Origin: Anaeromyxobacteraceae bacterium
GTDB taxonomy: Bacteria > Myxococcota > Myxococcia > Myxococcales > Anaeromyxobacteraceae
Direction of reading: 5' to 3'
DNA length: 64,000 nt
Assembly: GCA_047602405.1 (NCBI GenBank)
Contig: JASGHJ010000002.1
Span: 224,001-288,000 of the forward strand
Shown here: positions 9,301 through 19,193 of the stretch, one piece after another
Position numbering within the stretch: the stretch's first letter is position 1
Layout: every line of letters starts with the position of its first letter
The notes under the pieces: model-generated
What the model was told of the DNA's origin: nothing
The model's database searches: none
The model's input: only the letters and a program-made list of their open reading frames with translations
Program-made: the position numbers and the translations under genes

Positions 9301-10520
9301 CGCCGGTCCTCGCGACGGTCTCGGGCGTGCTCGAGCGGGCGCGGGCGGACGGCGTGGCGCCGGCGCTCTCCGCGGCGGTCTTCGCGCGCGGCCGGCTCGT
9401 GCACGCCTCCTGGCACGGCGAGGTCCCGGACTGCCAGGGAGGGGCCCCGACGCGCTCTGCGCGGCGGGGAGGGGCGCGCCGAGCGCCCCTCCATGAGACA
9501 GATCTCTTCGACGTGGCCTCGCTCACGAAGGTCATGGCGACGGCCTCGCTCGCGGCGCAGCTCGCCGACGCGGGGGCGCTCGACCTCGACGCGCCGGTCG
9601 CGGCGGCGCTCCCCGGCTTCGAACGGGGCGGGAAGGAGACCGTCACCGCGCGGCACCTCCTCGCGCACGCCTCGGGGCTGCCGGCGCTGCGGCCGTACCA
9701 CACGCTCGCCGCGGCCGACCCCTCCGCCCGCGCCTGCTTCCTGCCTCCCGGGCCGCGCCCGCCCTTCGTGTCGCTCGCCGGCCCCTTCGTGGCCGGGAAG
9801 GCCGTCGTGAAGGCGGCGGTGCTCGCGGAGCCGCTCGAGGCGGCGCCCTCGACCCGCGCGGTCTACTCCGACGTCGGCTTCCTCGCGCTCGGCTTCCTCG
9901 TCGAGGCGCTCGGCGGCGACCTGCTCTCCCGGCTCGCGGCGCGGCGGGTCTTCGGCCCGCTCGGGCTCACCTCCACCGCGTTCGTCGACGGCCTCGACGC
10001 CGGCGCGGCGCACGCCGCCTACGCGGGGCGAGCCTTCGCGCCCACCGGCTGGAGCGAGGCGCGGGGCGGGATCTCGCAGGGGCTCGTGAACGACGACAAC
10101 GCCTGGGCGGTCGGCGGCGGCGCCGGGCACGCGGGCGTCTTCTCGACGGCGCAGGAGGTCGCTGCGTTCGGCCAGGCCTGGCTCGAGGCGCTCGCCGGCG
10201 GGCGGTCGCCGGTCCCGGCCGACGCGGCCCGGGAGTTCGTGCGGCGGGACGCCGCGACGCCGGGGAGCGGGCGGGCGCTCGGGTGGGACACGCCCACCGG
10301 GGAGTCGTCCATCGGCTCGCGCCTCGGGCGGGGACCGAAGGGGGCGGTGGGCCACCTCGGCTACACGGGGTGCTCGCTGTGGCTCGACCTCGACGCGGAG
10401 GTCGCCGTCGCGGTCCTCACGAACCACGTTCATCCCGGCGGCCGGGCGGACCGGCCGCGGATGCTCGCGTTCCGGAGGGCCGTCCACGACGCGGTCGCGG
10501 ACGGGCTCTCCATCGGATGA
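9297..10520 (+). CDS. Serine hydrolase, beta-lactamase family (carries an in-frame repeat insertion)
   Basis: FDVASLTK (SxxK), YSD, GHAGVFST, GHLGYTG; GTGA overlap with the ldcA stop. Confidence 0.9.
   Translation: MTPVLATVSGVLERARADGVAPALSAAVFARGRLVHASWHGEVPDCQGGAPTRSARRGGARRAPLHETDLFDVASLTKVMATASLAAQLADAGALDLDAPVAAALPGFERGGKETVTARHLLAHASGLPALRPYHTLAAADPSARACFLPPGPRPPFVSLAGPFVAGKAVVKAAVLAEPLEAAPSTRAVYSDVGFLALGFLVEALGGDLLSRLAARRVFGPLGLTSTAFVDGLDAGAAHAAYAGRAFAPTGWSEARGGISQGLVNDDNAWAVGGGAGHAGVFSTAQEVAAFGQAWLEALAGGRSPVPADAAREFVRRDAATPGSGRALGWDTPTGESSIGSRLGRGPKGAVGHLGYTGCSLWLDLDAEVAVAVLTNHVHPGGRADRPRMLAFRRAVHDAVADGLSIG
9431..9501 (-). repeat. Copy of the ~70-bp tRNA-linked palindromic repeat, inside a CDS
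   Basis: Reverse complement gaggggcgctcggcgcgcccctccccgcc-N14-ggggcccctccctggcag matches 37082-37142 except inside the N14 segment. Confidence 0.92.
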
Positions 10521-10526
10521 GGTGAC

Positions 10527-11942
10527 ATGACGGATTGGGCGAAGGTGAAGCGCATCCACCTCATCGGCGTCGCGGGCACGGGCATGGGCTCGTTCGCCGG
10601 CATGCTGAAGGCGGCGGGCCACGAGGTCACGGGCTCCGACGAGAACGTCTACCCGCCGATGTCGACGCAGCTCGCGCGCTGGGGCATCGAGGTGCTGACG
10701 CCCTACGCCGCGGAGAACCTCGACCGCGCGCGGCCGGACCTCGTCGTGGTCGGCAACGTCGTGCGCGCCGTGAACCCGGAGGCGGTCGCGATGCGCGAGC
10801 GCGGGCTCCCGCACGTGTCCTTCCCGGCGGCGCTCGGCGAGCGGTTCATCGGGCCGCGCCACGGCTGCGTGGTGGTCGGCACGCACGGGAAGACGACGAC
10901 CTCGGCGATGCTCGGGTTCCTGCTCTTCCACGCGCGGCGGGCCCCGTCGTTCCTGGTCGGCGGCGTGACGCGCGACTTCGAGTCGAACTTCCGGCTCGGC
11001 GAGGGGCCGCACTTCGTGGTCGAGGGCGACGAGTACGACACCGCCTACTTCGACAAGGGCCCCAAGTTCCTCCACTACCGGCCGCGCACCGCGATCTTCA
11101 CGAGCTGCGAGCTCGACCACGCCGACATCTACCGGGACGAGGCGCACTACGAGAGCGCCTTCGAGAAGTTCGTGGCGCTCATGCCGCAGGACGGCTTCCT
11201 CGCCGCGTGCGCGAGCTACGACAGCGTGAGGCGGATCTCCTCCGCCGCGCGCTGCAGGGTCGAGACGTACGCCGTCGACCGCCCCGGCGCGGACTGGGAG
11301 GCGCGCGGGCTCGCGCTCTCGCCGGAGGGCGCGCGGTTCACGCTCGTCCGGCGCGGGCAGGCGCTCTGCGACGTGCTGATGCCCGTCGGCGGCGCGCACA
11401 ACGTCGAGAACGCGCTCGGGGTCGCGGCGGCGGCGACCGCGCTCGGACTGTCGCCCGCGGAGATCGCGGCGGGGCTCGGGGCGTTCAAGGGCGTGAAGCG
11501 GCGGCAGGAGGTGCGGGGCGTCTCCGGCGGCGGCGTGACGGTGATCGACGACTTCGCCCACCACCCGCGGGCGGTCGAGAAGACGCTCGCGGCGATCGCG
11601 GGCTCGTACCCCGGCGCGCGGCTCCTCGCGGCGTTCGAGCCGCGGTCGAACACGAGCCGGCGAAACCTGCACCAGGCGGACTACGCGTCCCCGGCCACGT
11701 GGGCCGCGGCGGCGGAGGTGTTCCTGCTCCGCCCGGCGCCGACGGACCGGGTGCCGGAGCACGAGCGGCTGGATCTGGACGCCGTCATCGCCGGGATCCG
11801 GGCCGGCGGGAAGCCTGCGGGCGCGTTCGGGACGGTCGACGAGATGGTCGCGGCGATCAAGGCGAGCGCGCGCAAGGGCGACGTGGTCGTCGCCATGTCG
11901 AACGGCGCGTTCGGCGGGATATGGGGGAAGCTGCTGCTGTAG
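10527..11942 (+). CDS. mpl: UDP-N-acetylmuramate:L-alanyl-gamma-D-glutamyl-meso-diaminopimelate ligase
   Basis: IHLIGVAGTGMG, DENVYPPMS, GTHGKTTTS, EGDEYDTAYFDK, DDFAHHP, FEPRSNT, MSNGAFGG. Confidence 0.94.
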   Translation: MTDWAKVKRIHLIGVAGTGMGSFAGMLKAAGHEVTGSDENVYPPMSTQLARWGIEVLTPYAAENLDRARPDLVVVGNVVRAVNPEAVAMRERGLPHVSFPAALGERFIGPRHGCVVVGTHGKTTTSAMLGFLLFHARRAPSFLVGGVTRDFESNFRLGEGPHFVVEGDEYDTAYFDKGPKFLHYRPRTAIFTSCELDHADIYRDEAHYESAFEKFVALMPQDGFLAACASYDSVRRISSAARCRVETYAVDRPGADWEARGLALSPEGARFTLVRRGQALCDVLMPVGGAHNVENALGVAAAATALGLSPAEIAAGLGAFKGVKRRQEVRGVSGGGVTVIDDFAHHPRAVEKTLAAIAGSYPGARLLAAFEPRSNTSRRNLHQADYASPATWAAAAEVFLLRPAPTDRVPEHERLDLDAVIAGIRAGGKPAGAFGTVDEMVAAIKASARKGDVVVAMSNGAFGGIWGKLLL

Positions 11943-11949
11943 AAGCCAA

Positions 11950-12207
11950 GGAGCAGGAGCAGGATCGGGAGCGGGATCAGGATCAGGATCAGGATCACGA
12001 TCAGGATCGGGAGCGGCATCGGCATCAGTGAACCGGCAGCTCGGCAGCCGGCGCTCCCGCTGCTCCTGATGCTCCCGCTGCTCCTGATGCTCCCGCTGCT
12101 CCTGATGCTCCGCTGATGCCGTCGCTGCTCCTGCTCCTGCCGCTCCTCCTGCTCCTGCTCCCGATCCTGATCCTGCTCCTGATCCTGATCCTGATCCTGA
12201 TCCTGAA
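11950..12207. repeat. Degenerate hexamer microsatellite forming a long imperfect inverted repeat
   Basis: (GGATCA/GGAGCA)n left arm, (TCCTGA/TCCTGC)n right arm; 18-bp unit gctcccgctgctcctgat x3 at 12053-12106. Confidence 0.9.
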
Positions 12208-12209
12208 CT

Positions 12210-12242
12210 AAAAGGCCCGGCCGCTCAGCGGCCGGGCCCTTT
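12210..12242. terminator. Bidirectional intrinsic terminator
   Basis: aaaa-ggcccggccgc-tca-gcggccgggcc-cttt between convergent mpl and cytochrome genes. Confidence 0.8.
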
Positions 12243-12265
12243 GGATCCCCCGTCTTACGAACGGG

Positions 12266-13306
12266 TCACTTGTTGTGGCAGGTCCGGCACATCGCGTTCG
12301 ACGCGATGTCGCCGGCCTTCAGCTTCCAGCTCTTCGGGTGCGGGTTGCCGCCGGCGGCGCCGACCTGGTGGCAGCCGACGCACAGGCTCTTCGCGCCCTG
12401 GTCGTGGCACGCGGCGCACGAGGAGGCGTCGCGGCGGGCGGCGTCGCCGTGGAACTTCTCGCCGGCGCCGCGGGTGGCCCAGCCCTTCGGGTGCGGGCTG
12501 AACGCGCTCGCGCCCGCGTTGGCGGAGACGTTCGCGGTGGTGTGGCAGGTGTCGCAGTACTGCGGGCCGTGGCAGCGGCGGCAGCTCGCCGGGTTCGCGC
12601 CGGCCTCGATGGCGTGGCGAGAGACGTAGTCACCGCGGTGGATGAACGACGAGTCCACCGCCTCCGGGAAGATCACCGACGGCCGCGCCGCGGCGGTCTG
12701 CGGCGAGTGGCACGCCGTGCAGTACGTCTGGTCGTGGCACTGCGCGCAGCTCTCGGCGGTCGGCCGGGCCTGGGCGCCGTGCAGGCGGAGCCAGTCGCCC
12801 CCGTGGGCGAAGTACTTCTCCGGCGCGAGGCCCTTCATGTCGACGTGGCAGGGGCGGCAGCGGCCCGCGGCGTAGTCGTTCTGGTGGTTGTGGCAGCTCG
12901 TGCAGGTGTCCATCGAGGGCGCCGCGACCTCGTCGCCGGGGTCGGGGAGCTTCTTGTGGCAGGTCCCGCACTTCTCGGTCTGGTTCTTCCCGGTCACCTT
13001 CGAGAGGTGGAGCGCGTGGTTGAAGGTGAGGCGCGCCGGCGGCGGCGCCCACTTCTCCACGATCTTGTCCTTGTCGCCCTCGTGGCACTCGGCGCACTTC
13101 TCGGTCGTCGGGCGGTGGCTCTTCGCGAGCGACGTCGCCTTGTCGATGCCCTCGTGGCAGTCCGTGCAGGACGCCGTGCCCTCGTCATGGGCGGAGTGGG
13201 CGACGTGGATCTCGGGCCGCTTCTCGGCGATCCGGGGCGCCTCGTACCGGGCGCAGCCGGCGGCCGCGAACGCGAGGGCCAGGGTCAGGCGCTGGAGCCG
13301 GTTCAT
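12266..13306 (-). CDS. Dodecaheme c-type cytochrome lipoprotein
   Basis: Lipobox AAAGC; 12 CxxCH motifs counted by hand (CTDCH to CRTCH). Confidence 0.93.
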   Translation of the reverse strand: MNRLQRLTLALAFAAAGCARYEAPRIAEKRPEIHVAHSAHDEGTASCTDCHEGIDKATSLAKSHRPTTEKCAECHEGDKDKIVEKWAPPPARLTFNHALHLSKVTGKNQTEKCGTCHKKLPDPGDEVAAPSMDTCTSCHNHQNDYAAGRCRPCHVDMKGLAPEKYFAHGGDWLRLHGAQARPTAESCAQCHDQTYCTACHSPQTAAARPSVIFPEAVDSSFIHRGDYVSRHAIEAGANPASCRRCHGPQYCDTCHTTANVSANAGASAFSPHPKGWATRGAGEKFHGDAARRDASSCAACHDQGAKSLCVGCHQVGAAGGNPHPKSWKLKAGDIASNAMCRTCHNK

Positions 13307-14638
13307 CACCGCACCTCCTTCGCCACGTAGGTCTGGTTGTAGACGAGCTTCGCCATGACGTCGAAGGCCTGCTCCAGGTACGGGGTCATCGAGGCGCGGC
13401 CCGCGAGGACCGCGCTGAAGCCGCGCGCGATGTTCACGCCGGCGGTGACGGTGCCGGTGACGGCCATCGGCTCGCCGTTCACCCGCGCGCGGAAGATGTA
13501 GGTCATCACGTCGGCCGCGGCGAAGAGCCGGGTGCCGAGGTCGCGGCGCCCGAAGGCCCGCGCGCCCCAGTAGCCGTTGTCGAGGGCGTCGAGGTACGAG
13601 ATCTCGAGGCCCGCGCGCGTGGCGCCCTTCTTCCACACGAGCTCGGCCTCGCCGTCGGAGCCGTAGTACGTCTTGGAGCCCGTCTCGCCCGGCTCGATCG
13701 CGAGGTGCGCGTCGAGGCCGGCCTCGAGCCCGTGGGCGAGCTCGTAGGTGACGCCGCCGCCGAGGTCGTTGCGGTGCTCGAGCGAGAACACCGAGAAGAT
13801 CGACGTGCGGGAGAGGAAGAGGTCCGGGGCCGTGAAGCGCCAGTCGGCGGTGACGTAGAGCTTCTTCGTGGCCGCCCAGGTGATGGCCGCGTTGCCCTCG
13901 CTGAAGCGCGAGTCGTAGAGGCTGTACGCGCCGAGGCCGGAGAAGGTCAGGCTCGCGGTGGGCTGCCAGCGGACGTCGCCGCCGACCTCCTGGCGGACCG
14001 GGTCGCCGCCGTCCTCGACGAAGTTCGCCGAGGCGCCGAGCGTGAAGACCTTGCCCGAGAAGCCGGGGGGCGCGAACGAATAGGCGGCGCGCCCGCCGTA
14101 GGCGAGGTCACCGCCGGCCGGGTTCCAGCTCACCGTGCCCGAGCGCGACTGGAAGCGCTGGGACACCGGCAGGCCGGCGTAGCCCGAGAACCGCAGGCCC
14201 GCGAGATTCGAGGGCGACCTCGCCGCCGTCGAGGTGGAGCATGCGGCCGACGCCGGTCATGATCTGCTGGCGACCGAGCCGGACGAAGAGCTTGTCACCC
14301 GCGACGCGGCCCTGGACGTAGGCGGCCTGCAGGTCGGCGTTGAGGCCGCTCGAGGTGCCCGCGTCCCAGCGGTGGTCGCCGATCTCCACCGAGCCCCAGC
14401 TCGAGACGACGAGCGTGAGGTCCTTCGCGAAGGAGTTCGTGACGTTGCGCGCGGACAGGTTCAGGATCTCGTACGCGGGCGCCACGTTCACGAGCTCGGG
14501 CGCGGTCCCGGGGGACCCGCCGCGCGTCTGCGGACCAGCGTTCAGGAGCGTCGTGGAGGAGACCTCCACGGTGTCCGCCCGGGCGGCCGTCGAGAAACTC
14601 GCCAGGACGGCGGCCAGGAGCGTCAATGTCTTCCGCAT
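13306..14638 (-). CDS. Outer-membrane beta-barrel protein (apparent +1 frameshift at ~14207)
   Basis: Signal peptide MRKTLTLLAAVLA; RLGRQ and LDGGEV motifs; alternating beta-strand pattern. Removing one base joins the two ORFs as VALDLAGLRFSGYAG. Confidence 0.8.
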
Positions 14639-14833
14639 CAGGGACCTCGCCTCGATGGGTTGGAGGGCGCGGGACTCGGGACCCCCTCCGCGCCACGCGA
14701 CACCCTGGCACAGGCGACCGGCAAAAATCTTGTCCAGGATCACTTCGAAGGTTGAAACACTTGTTTCCTGCTGGGGTTAGGCCCTTCCCCGGGCGGCACG
14801 CCGACCCCTCGGGCGCTATACCCCTCCACACCC

Positions 14834-15346
<513 letters not shown>

Positions 15347-15349
15347 GCG

Positions 15350-17128
15350 TCAGGCCTTCGCCGCGGCGGGCCTCGGCGCGCTGCCGGCGGGCGCGAGCGT
15401 GAAGCGCACCCGGTCGCGCTCGGCCCTGATCTCGGCGGGCGACGTCGGCGCCTCGCGGAGCCAGTAGACCATCTCGTCGGCCTCCCAGACGTACGGCTCG
15501 TCGTTCATGAGCACCCGCCCGTCGGCGACGGCCTGGGTGAGCTCGAGCAGCGGCACGTCGCCGAGGTCGCGCAGGAGCGCCTCGAACCGGCCCTGGCGCG
15601 CCGGGTCGGCGAACACGAGGTCGTGGCGGGCGGCGTAGGCGGTGTGGAGCCACGCCGGCCGGTAGGCGAGGCCGCCCAGGCCGAGCCGCACCGCCATGCG
15701 CTGGAGGAGGAACACGACCTCGCGGGCGAGGCCCAGCCCGGGCACGTCCTGCCCCGGCAGCCTCGGGCGGCGCGGGCTGAACTGCGCGCGCGGGTTGCGG
15801 AGCGAGAGCCAGTGCACGTAGAGGAGCTCGACGCCCGCGACGCGCCGGCGCTCCATGACGATCTCGACGAGCACGTGCTCCTGGTTCTCGTACTCGCCCA
15901 TCACCTTGATCCGCTCGCCGAGGCCGGTCGTGTCGAACGCGACGCGGAAGTGGCGGTACCCGAGCCGCTCGAGCTGCTGGAAGAACCCGTAGCGGAAGAG
16001 CGCGTGCTCGACGCCGGCGGCGGTGTAGAAGCCGAGCAGGAGGCGCTGCCTCGTCGGCGTGAAGCCGAGCGCCTCGGCGAGGTCGTCGGCGCTGAACTCG
16101 TTCGTGTCGGTGAGCTCCTCCGGCGACAGCTCGCTCGCGAGCCGCGCGAAGCGCCGGTCGAGCGGGTCGTAGTCGCGGGGGATGGGCGCGAGCGAGCCCG
16201 TGGCGAGCGCCATGCCGGTGCCGCCGAGCGCGCGCCAGGCGTCGTCGGAGTAGCCGCCGCCCGGCAGCCAGACCTGCGGCACGCCCTCGAGCTCGGTCGC
16301 GACGAGGAGGTCGCGCTCGCGCACGCCCTCGAGCGTGAGGCCGAGCTTCCCGAACCGGTCGCCGGCGACGACGTCGCCGCCGGCGATGACGAAGGCGAGG
16401 TCCGGGCGCGGCATGCGCGAGAGGAGCGCCCCGAGCGCCTCGAGGTAGGCCTCGTCGCCGGTGCCCTCCGGCAGGACCGTCTCGTCGACGCCGGGGAGCG
16501 GGCCCCAGTCCGAGCCGGAGAGCGAGCCCACCCAGGCCCTCGGATCGTTCGCGAGGCACGCCGCCACGCCGTCCGGCGGGTGCGCGTCGAGATCGAGCAC
16601 CACCGCGCGGCCGCCGAACCCCTCGGCGCGCATCGCGGCGAGCGCGACCGCGACGTCGTTCACCGGGCAGAAGCCGCCCGCCGCCGCGGGGGCGGCGTGG
16701 TGGAACCCGCCGAGCAGGTTGAGCGCCGGGACCCCGCGGCGCAGCGTCTCGCGGGCGGCCGCGACGGTGCCGCCGCAGGCGAGCCGGATCGTCGTCATCA
16801 CCTCGTCGAGCGGCACGTCGGTCGGGTCGACCCCGAAGATCGAGGCCACCTGCGCCGGCTGGCCGAGGCGCTCGAGCAGCTCGGCGGTGTGCACGCGCGA
16901 GAGCTCGTCGTAGGTCGCGCGGCGGGGCGCGTGGAACGACGCCTTCGGGACCGCGCCGCACTCCCGGAGCCACCACGCGGCGTAGTCCGCCCGCCGCGGC
17001 TCCATGCCGGAGCCGGACTCCAGGCTCGAGAGCGGCAGCCGGTACCGCGCGTCGTACCAGACCGCCACCTCTCGCCGGTGGAGCCAGGACCGGGCCCGGT
17101 AGACGAGCGCGCGGGTGCGGCGGAACAT
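15350..17128 (-). CDS. Histone-deacetylase-family protein with C-terminal extra domain
   Basis: GGFHHA, GFC, DLDAH, GGDV..GD and GGGY motifs, then a long C-terminal extension. Confidence 0.88.
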   Translation of the reverse strand: MFRRTRALVYRARSWLHRREVAVWYDARYRLPLSSLESGSGMEPRRADYAAWWLRECGAVPKASFHAPRRATYDELSRVHTAELLERLGQPAQVASIFGVDPTDVPLDEVMTTIRLACGGTVAAARETLRRGVPALNLLGGFHHAAPAAAGGFCPVNDVAVALAAMRAEGFGGRAVVLDLDAHPPDGVAACLANDPRAWVGSLSGSDWGPLPGVDETVLPEGTGDEAYLEALGALLSRMPRPDLAFVIAGGDVVAGDRFGKLGLTLEGVRERDLLVATELEGVPQVWLPGGGYSDDAWRALGGTGMALATGSLAPIPRDYDPLDRRFARLASELSPEELTDTNEFSADDLAEALGFTPTRQRLLLGFYTAAGVEHALFRYGFFQQLERLGYRHFRVAFDTTGLGERIKVMGEYENQEHVLVEIVMERRRVAGVELLYVHWLSLRNPRAQFSPRRPRLPGQDVPGLGLAREVVFLLQRMAVRLGLGGLAYRPAWLHTAYAARHDLVFADPARQGRFEALLRDLGDVPLLELTQAVADGRVLMNDEPYVWEADEMVYWLREAPTSPAEIRAERDRVRFTLAPAGSAPRPAAAKA

Positions 17129-17400
17129 CAGCGGGCGCCGGCGGGGGAGGCGGGCGGGGTGGCGCTCGCGGACGCGGGCTTCCGGAGGGCGAGCCACCAG
17201 CCGACGACCACCTCGAACGCGATCCAGCCGATCGCCGTCCAGGTGGCGCTGCTCGTCGCGGAGAACGCGTTCTTGCAGATCCGCAGCGGCTCGTTGATGT
17301 CGTCCGGCAGGCCGAACAGGATCGGGGTGTTCTTGATCGTGTAGAAGACGAGGTACGCGAGGAAGGCGGTGCGCACGGCGGCGAGGATCTTGTAGACCAT
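17128..17400 (-). CDS. Small membrane protein, unknown function
   Basis: 90 aa, two hydrophobic segments, stop overlaps the HDAC start codon. Confidence 0.75.
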   Translation of the reverse strand: MVYKILAAVRTAFLAYLVFYTIKNTPILFGLPDDINEPLRICKNAFSATSSATWTAIGWIAFEVVVGWWLALRKPASASATPPASPAGAR

Positions 17401-17465
17401 GCGCAGAGTCTAGCCGAGCTTGGTGTCGCCCGCGCCCTCCTGCGTCGGGCGGGAGGGTGGGTCGA

Positions 17466-18267
17466 GTGTCTCAGGTCGCGGAGCTGAGGGCGGCGTGCGC
17501 GGAGGCGGCCCGCAGGGGCGGCGCCATCCTGAAGGAGAAGTTCGGCCAGCAGCGGACGATCGAGCTGAAGGGCGGCATCGACCTCGTCACCGACGCGGAC
17601 AAGGCCAGCGAGGCGGCCCTGCTCGGGTTCCTCCACGCGCGGTTCCCGGAGGCCGCGGTGCTGGCGGAGGAGTCGGGCGTCTCCGGCGGCCCCCCCGGCG
17701 GCCTGCGCTTCTTCGTCGACCCGCTCGACGGCACCACGAACTACGCCCACGGCGTGCCCCACTTCGCCGTGACCGTGGGTGTGTCCGACGCGGGCGGGCT
17801 CGCGGCGGGCGCGACCTACGATCCCCTCCGCGACGAGCTTCTTCTCGGCCGGCCGCGGGGAGGGCGCGACGCTGAACGGCGCGCCCATCCGCCACTCCGG
17901 CCGCGGAGAGCTCCTCGGCTCCCTGCTCGTGACCGGGTTCCCCTACGACATCCACGCGAACCACGACTTCGCGCTCCGGCTCTTCGGCTCGTTCATCCGC
18001 CGGGCGCGCGCGGTGCGCCGCTTCGGCTCGGCGGCCATCGACCTCGCCTACGTCGCGTGCGGCAGGTTCGACGGCTTCTGGGAGCAGAAGCTGAAGCCCT
18101 GGGACCTCGCGGCGGGGATCCTCCTCGCGCGGGAGGCGGGGGCGATCGTGACCGACCTCGAGGGCGGGGATCGCGTGCTCGAGACCGGCGACGTGGTGGC
18201 GGGGCCACCCGCGCTCGTGGCCTCGATGCGCGAGGTCATCTCGGCGGAGCGGGCGCTCCGTCCGTAG
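17466..18267 (+). CDS. suhB: Inositol monophosphatase family protein (apparent +1 frameshift at ~17840)
   Basis: DLVTDAD, AEE, DPLDGTTNYAHG in frame 1; GFPY, RRFGSAAIDL, KPWDLAAG in frame 2. Confidence 0.88.
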
Positions 18268-19186
18268 GCGGCGGGGGCGGCGGCGGGGTCGCCTCGAGCC
18301 CCTCGGGCGCGGCGTGGGCGGCGGGGGCCGGCGGCGCCGCCGGCGCGCGCGGCTCCCGGGGCGGCGCGGTGCCGGCCGCGAAGTCGATGAACACGAGCGA
18401 CTCCGGGTCGACGAGCAGCCCCGAGACCTTCGCGCTCCAGTGCAGGTGCGGCCCCGTCGCGCGCCCGGTGGCGCCCACGAGGCCGATCCGGTCGCCGAGC
18501 CGCACCGCGTCCCCGACCTTCACGTCCATGCGCGAGAGGTGGAAGTAGGCGGTGAAGGCGCCCGCGCCGTGGGAGAGCACGATGGAGTTGCCGGAGAGGT
18601 AGCAGTCGCGGGCGAGCACGACGACGCCGTCCGCCGCGGCCGCGACCGGCGCGCCCTTCGCGCCGTCGAGGTCGAGCCCGTAATGGACCGACTTCTGCGT
18701 GCCGTTGACGAGCCGCTGGTCGCCGAAGCGGCCGGTCCGGTCCGCCTCGCGCGGGTAGGCGAAGCGCTGGAAGCGGGCGGGCTCGAAGGCGCGGTCGTAC
18801 GCGGCCGCGAACGCGGCGCGGTCCTCGGCCTGGCGGCGCGCCACGCGCTTCGGGGGGTGGACGTACTTCTCCGGGAGCCGGAGCGTCTTCGAGGGGAAGC
18901 GGGGGTCGACCACGAGGAGCGCGGCGCGGACCACCTCGCCCCCCGCCGTGACCTCGAGCGGCGCCTCGCCGGGGGCGGTCTCGATGGGCAGCGCCGCGAG
19001 CGCGCGCCAGCCCTGGCCGTCGCGCCAGAACGCGAGCGCGCGGCCGGCGAGGGTCCCCTGCGGCGCGGGCTCGCCGGGGGCGTCGAGCACGGTGACGAGG
19101 ACGGCGTCGCCCGGGCGCGCGGCGGGCGGGGCGAGGCGGACCGACGGCGCGGCGAGCGCGAGGGCGAGCAGGACGGAGAGGGGCAT
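18236..19186 (-). CDS. M23 family metallopeptidase
   Basis: HYGLD and GRATGPHLHW motifs; signal peptide. Confidence 0.92.
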   Translation of the reverse strand: MPLSVLLALALAAPSVRLAPPAARPGDAVLVTVLDAPGEPAPQGTLAGRALAFWRDGQGWRALAALPIETAPGEAPLEVTAGGEVVRAALLVVDPRFPSKTLRLPEKYVHPPKRVARRQAEDRAAFAAAYDRAFEPARFQRFAYPREADRTGRFGDQRLVNGTQKSVHYGLDLDGAKGAPVAAAADGVVVLARDCYLSGNSIVLSHGAGAFTAYFHLSRMDVKVGDAVRLGDRIGLVGATGRATGPHLHWSAKVSGLLVDPESLVFIDFAAGTAPPREPRAPAAPPAPAAHAAPEGLEATPPPPPPPTDGAPAPPR

Positions 19187-19193
19187 GGCGAAG

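Noticed and set aside
11681..12025. ORF with a hydrophobic ILILIL N-terminus
   Set aside because: It is the translation of the hexamer microsatellite, antisense to mpl.
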